Part shown: in pieces, positions 16,848 through 19,916 of the stretch
Layout: the number at the start of each line of letters is the position of its first letter
Numbering within the stretch: position 1 is the stretch's first letter
From: Fibrobacteria bacterium
Lineage (GTDB): Bacteria; Fibrobacterota; Fibrobacteria; UBA11236
DNA length: 19,916 nucleotides
Direction of reading: 5' to 3'
NCBI GenBank assembly: GCA_043732185.1
Contig: JAYTHY010000131.1
Coordinates: forward strand, 1 to 19,916
Translations under genes and position numbers: made by a program
The notes under the pieces: model-generated
The model's input: the letters and a program-made list of their open reading frames with translations, nothing else
Told to the model about the DNA's origin: nothing
Databases searched by the model: none

Positions 16848-16920
16848 GCCATCCTTACCAGGTCGAAGGTTTTGCAATCATCAGAAGATGGATTATTATA
16901 GGATGGATGCTTTCCAGCCT

Positions 16921-18030
16921 TCAACTGAAATATTCTAGAAAGACGTCGGCTGTATTTTGTATTGTGCAAAGTTTAGATTTGAGGTAGGCTTTTTCGCCTA
17001 ACCGGTTGCGAAAGGCAGGGTCATCGGCCAATACACTTATTGCAGAAGCCAGAGCTTCTACATCATCAAGCGGGACCAATATTCCGGTTTCATTGTGCAA
17101 TACGGCATCACAATTTCCAAGGGTATGTGTAGCAATGGTAGGCACACCAAACATGCCTGCTTCAATAACTGTAGTCGGGTAACCCTCTACAATCGATGGT
17201 AAAACAAGCGCATAGGCTGATGTGTATAGTTCGGCCATGCCTTCGAAAGGGGCGACAGAATGAAGAGATGCCACGCCGTTCAAGTTGAGCGCCACTATAT
17301 TTTGTTGGACTTCGGAAAAAAGGGTTCCGCTTCCTACGAAAACAAATTGCAATCCTACAAGTTTATTGGTTCGATGAAGCAAGTCAATGGCTTTAAGAAG
17401 CACCATGGGATTCTTTACCGGTTCCATCCGTGCCGCAAAAAGAAACACTTTATTTCCGCTTGTATAACTTATGCGGGTGTCACATTGGATTCGGGTTGCA
17501 TTGGGAAGAATGCCCATACCTGGGATGATGCCATACGTTTCCGCTAATTCCTTTAAGCTTTTTGAAACAAACAAGTTTACGGAAGCACGCTGGCCGATAA
17601 ATTGGTACGCCCATCTGAAAAGAAAACCTGCTCCAGCTGCGCAATTTTGGGTCACTTCTGTATTGTGGTACCAAATTGCATGGGGAATATTTAGTGCGCG
17701 CCGGAGTATCAAACCTGCGATGCCAGCTGGAATAGACATATTTGAAAACACCAAAGAATGGCCTTTTGCCTTTCCAGATAGGCAATAAAGCAAGGTTTGG
17801 AATAAGTAGAGTAACATGGAGGGTACGTTAGTTGTAAAGCGTTTTTTTCGGAAGGTGGGAAAGTAGACCACCTCGAATGGAAAAGTTTGTTTGATGTCCC
17901 TTGGCGGTGCGGCGGTCAGCACGGTCATGGGTATTCTGCGCCTGTGCAACTCTTCGCATAACAGGGATAAAATTCTACCGGCACCCCCACCAAAAGGAGG
18001 AAATTCGTGGGAAAGAAATAGGATTTTCAT
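16921..18030 (-). CDS. Family 4 (GT-B) glycosyltransferase
   Basis: MKILFLSHEFPPFGGGAG, FAARMEPVKN and VLPSIVEGYPTTVIEA (E-x7-E). RBS GGAG. Confidence 0.92.
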   Translation of the reverse strand: MKILFLSHEFPPFGGGAGRILSLLCEELHRRRIPMTVLTAAPPRDIKQTFPFEVVYFPTFRKKRFTTNVPSMLLYLFQTLLYCLSGKAKGHSLVFSNMSIPAGIAGLILRRALNIPHAIWYHNTEVTQNCAAGAGFLFRWAYQFIGQRASVNLFVSKSLKELAETYGIIPGMGILPNATRIQCDTRISYTSGNKVFLFAARMEPVKNPMVLLKAIDLLHRTNKLVGLQFVFVGSGTLFSEVQQNIVALNLNGVASLHSVAPFEGMAELYTSAYALVLPSIVEGYPTTVIEAGMFGVPTIATHTLGNCDAVLHNETGILVPLDDVEALASAISVLADDPAFRNRLGEKAYLKSKLCTIQNTADVFLEYFS

Positions 18031-18058
18031 TCAATGGCTCCCACACAAGATGAATAAG

Positions 18059-19048
18059 TCAATTCTCTTCACGCTTCTTAGATTTTCGCAAACAGCAGAA
18101 TATATTGGCCCCACTTTCCGGAAAACGCAATGCCAACCATCTTGCGTAGCGTTCCAGCCAATTGTTTCGAATAAGGATTTTATTCAAATGCGTATACGTT
18201 TCACAAAATTCAATTTTATAATCTGGAAAATAGCCGGAATAAATTTCTCGCGAAAAACCACGATTCTTTTGCGGACCGCCGGCAGTTGGAGACTGGGCGT
18301 CCAATAAGGAGGAAAGCGTGTCAGCAGGCAAGGGTTTGTGGATAAATTTCCCTGCAAGCAAACGTTCATTCACGGCCTGCAAAAGCAGGTTATGGTCTTT
18401 TAGTTCGGGTATGTATCTGGCCAAAGGATGTCTTAACGTTTCAAACCAACCCAGCCTTAATATGATCTCATAACAAAACAATTTAAAATTCATAAAGGGA
18501 AGTAACATCCAATAATTAAACAGCATCAAGCGGCTATTGGCATAGGTCACGGTGGGTTCATGGCCTATCCATACCTGCCCCCCCGGCTTCAGGAGTCGGT
18601 CTATTTCTTGGCAAACAAATTCAGGTTTTGGTAGGTGATGTAGGACGGCATTCAGAGTGATAAGATCTTGCGATTGGTCCGGTAGACCAACTTGACCACC
18701 ATCCAGCTTGAGGAATGTTAACGAATAATCGAGCCTGGATTTTTTCAAATTATCCTTACACGCGTTCAGCATTCCGGTCGATATATCCGAACACGTTAAC
18801 ATATCATCCGGCCTCAGCCATTCTTGAAGTTGCAAGGGGACGAATCCTGTGCCGGAACCGATATCCAGAATGTTGAAAGGGGATCGATGGCCAGCTAGAG
18901 CTGTTGAGGCTAAGCGTCTCCAACGGGAAATTTCATCCTCAAAAATATCCGGATGCTTGGCAGTATAAGCTTGATTTTCAAGGTCGTGGTAGATTTCATT
19001 CAGGGCTAAAATCAATTTTTCGCGCGATCCTTCTTTTTCAGGCGACAT
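18059..19048 (-). CDS. Class I SAM-dependent methyltransferase
   Basis: ILDIGSGTG, CSDIS.GML, NAVLHHL and RLLKPGG. Start overlaps the upstream gene end. Confidence 0.88.
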   Translation of the reverse strand: MSPEKEGSREKLILALNEIYHDLENQAYTAKHPDIFEDEISRWRRLASTALAGHRSPFNILDIGSGTGFVPLQLQEWLRPDDMLTCSDISTGMLNACKDNLKKSRLDYSLTFLKLDGGQVGLPDQSQDLITLNAVLHHLPKPEFVCQEIDRLLKPGGQVWIGHEPTVTYANSRLMLFNYWMLLPFMNFKLFCYEIILRLGWFETLRHPLARYIPELKDHNLLLQAVNERLLAGKFIHKPLPADTLSSLLDAQSPTAGGPQKNRGFSREIYSGYFPDYKIEFCETYTHLNKILIRNNWLERYARWLALRFPESGANIFCCLRKSKKREEN

Positions 19049-19916
19049 ATACTTGCGCTCCGGAACTTATTTTGGATCGATGTTTCAAGAAAAGAATCCA
19101 GCCCAAAAAGGCAGCCGGCAAATCCATGAGTCGAAGCAAGAGCGAAATGACTACACCAGTGGAACCTAATGAGCCGGCATAATGATACAAGATTCCTAAG
19201 GTGCCTTCGGAAAGCCCCCAGGTGCCGATAGTAACAGGAAGCACCATCACAAGAGTATAACAGAAAAGGAGTAGCATGGCTTGGGGTATGGCCATCGAAC
19301 CACCCACTGAATGGTCCAGCAATAGAAAAGTGGTGACCACCAAAATCTGGCTTCCCAAACTAATACCCACTACGGTAAATATACGGTTTCGGTCGGTTAT
19401 CAAATCCGATAAAGCTTGTCCAATGTCTTCAGTTTCCTCGTTTACATGGCCACGTCGCCGTCCATACCAATCGCTCAATTTTTTAACGCTTAGCGCTGCC
19501 CAGCGGTACCCTCTGAGGCCGATCCAAAGACTTCCAAGTACACACAGCAGGGCTGCGGGAATCGCCACCCAAAGGTTGATGCGCCCGCCGATCACAAATA
19601 GCCAAGCTAGGGTGGCCAAAAAAATTTGGGCCCAAAGTCCCGTGGTCCGATCCAATAAAATTACGGCTAAGGCCAGGCTTTTGGATTTGGATTCTTGACC
19701 AAGGTAGGTCCATCGGGCGAATTCACCGCCTATTCCTCCGGGAAGAAAAGCCGTGAAAAAGACGGTGATAAAATTGACGGCTACGATTTTATAGAAAACT
19801 GGACGCGGTGCCGGAAATAGAAACCATATTTTCGCTGCATTTAAAACTTTTAGGCCCAGATTTAAAAATACCGCAATTGCAAAATAAAAAGCTGAAAGCG
19901 CATGCAAATCCTTACT
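19038..19916 (-). CDS. Lysylphosphatidylglycerol-synthase TM / UPF0104 flippase-like membrane protein; 5' end outside the window
   Basis: FLPGGIGGEFAR, LLDRTTGL, LPVTIGTWGLSEG and many TM helices. The frame stays open to the window edge. Confidence 0.85.
   Translation of the reverse strand, partial: SKDLHALSAFYFAIAVFLNLGLKVLNAAKIWFLFPAPRPVFYKIVAVNFITVFFTAFLPGGIGGEFARWTYLGQESKSKSLALAVILLDRTTGLWAQIFLATLAWLFVIGGRINLWVAIPAALLCVLGSLWIGLRGYRWAALSVKKLSDWYGRRRGHVNEETEDIGQALSDLITDRNRIFTVVGISLGSQILVVTTFLLLDHSVGGSMAIPQAMLLLFCYTLVMVLPVTIGTWGLSEGTLGILYHYAGSLGSTGVVISLLLRLMDLPAAFLGWILFLKHRSKISSGAQVYVA

Noticed and set aside
1..19916. CRISPR arrays, tRNA/rRNA genes, IS elements or integrases
   Set aside because: No regularly spaced DNA repeats, structural RNA signatures or transposase/recombinase motifs were seen.

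Overview
The window has two unrelated halves. Left (430-9493, all minus strand) is a complete periplasmic type II DMSO-reductase-family molybdoenzyme operon of the NXR/periplasmic-Nar lineage. It contains a Tat-exported alpha subunit with the C-x3-D-x3-C-x39-C FS0 motif, an Fe-S beta subunit, a soluble EbdC-like heme b gamma subunit and a TorD/NarJ-like chaperone. Two unusual accessory genes lead the operon: a V4R-like/NifU-C-like fusion and a Rieske-like protein missing its whole cluster-binding loop. hemN lies just upstream. Both hemN and the operon have a near-consensus sigma54 -24/-12 promoter and share upstream TGNCA-N3-TGGCA boxes. Right (9684-19916) is a more AT-rich surface-glycan region. 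It holds a YLDPGTGS small protein, a NoeA-like kinase-methyltransferase fusion, a sulfatase/phosphotransferase-like membrane gene split at an in-frame A-AAA-AAG/A8 slippery site, an AlgI-like MBOAT plus SGNH-like partner, GT2, GT4, a methyltransferase and a truncated flippase-like gene. The 5' edge holds the C-terminus of an 8-residue-repeat protein. All family assignments come from motif recognition by eye; no searches were run.
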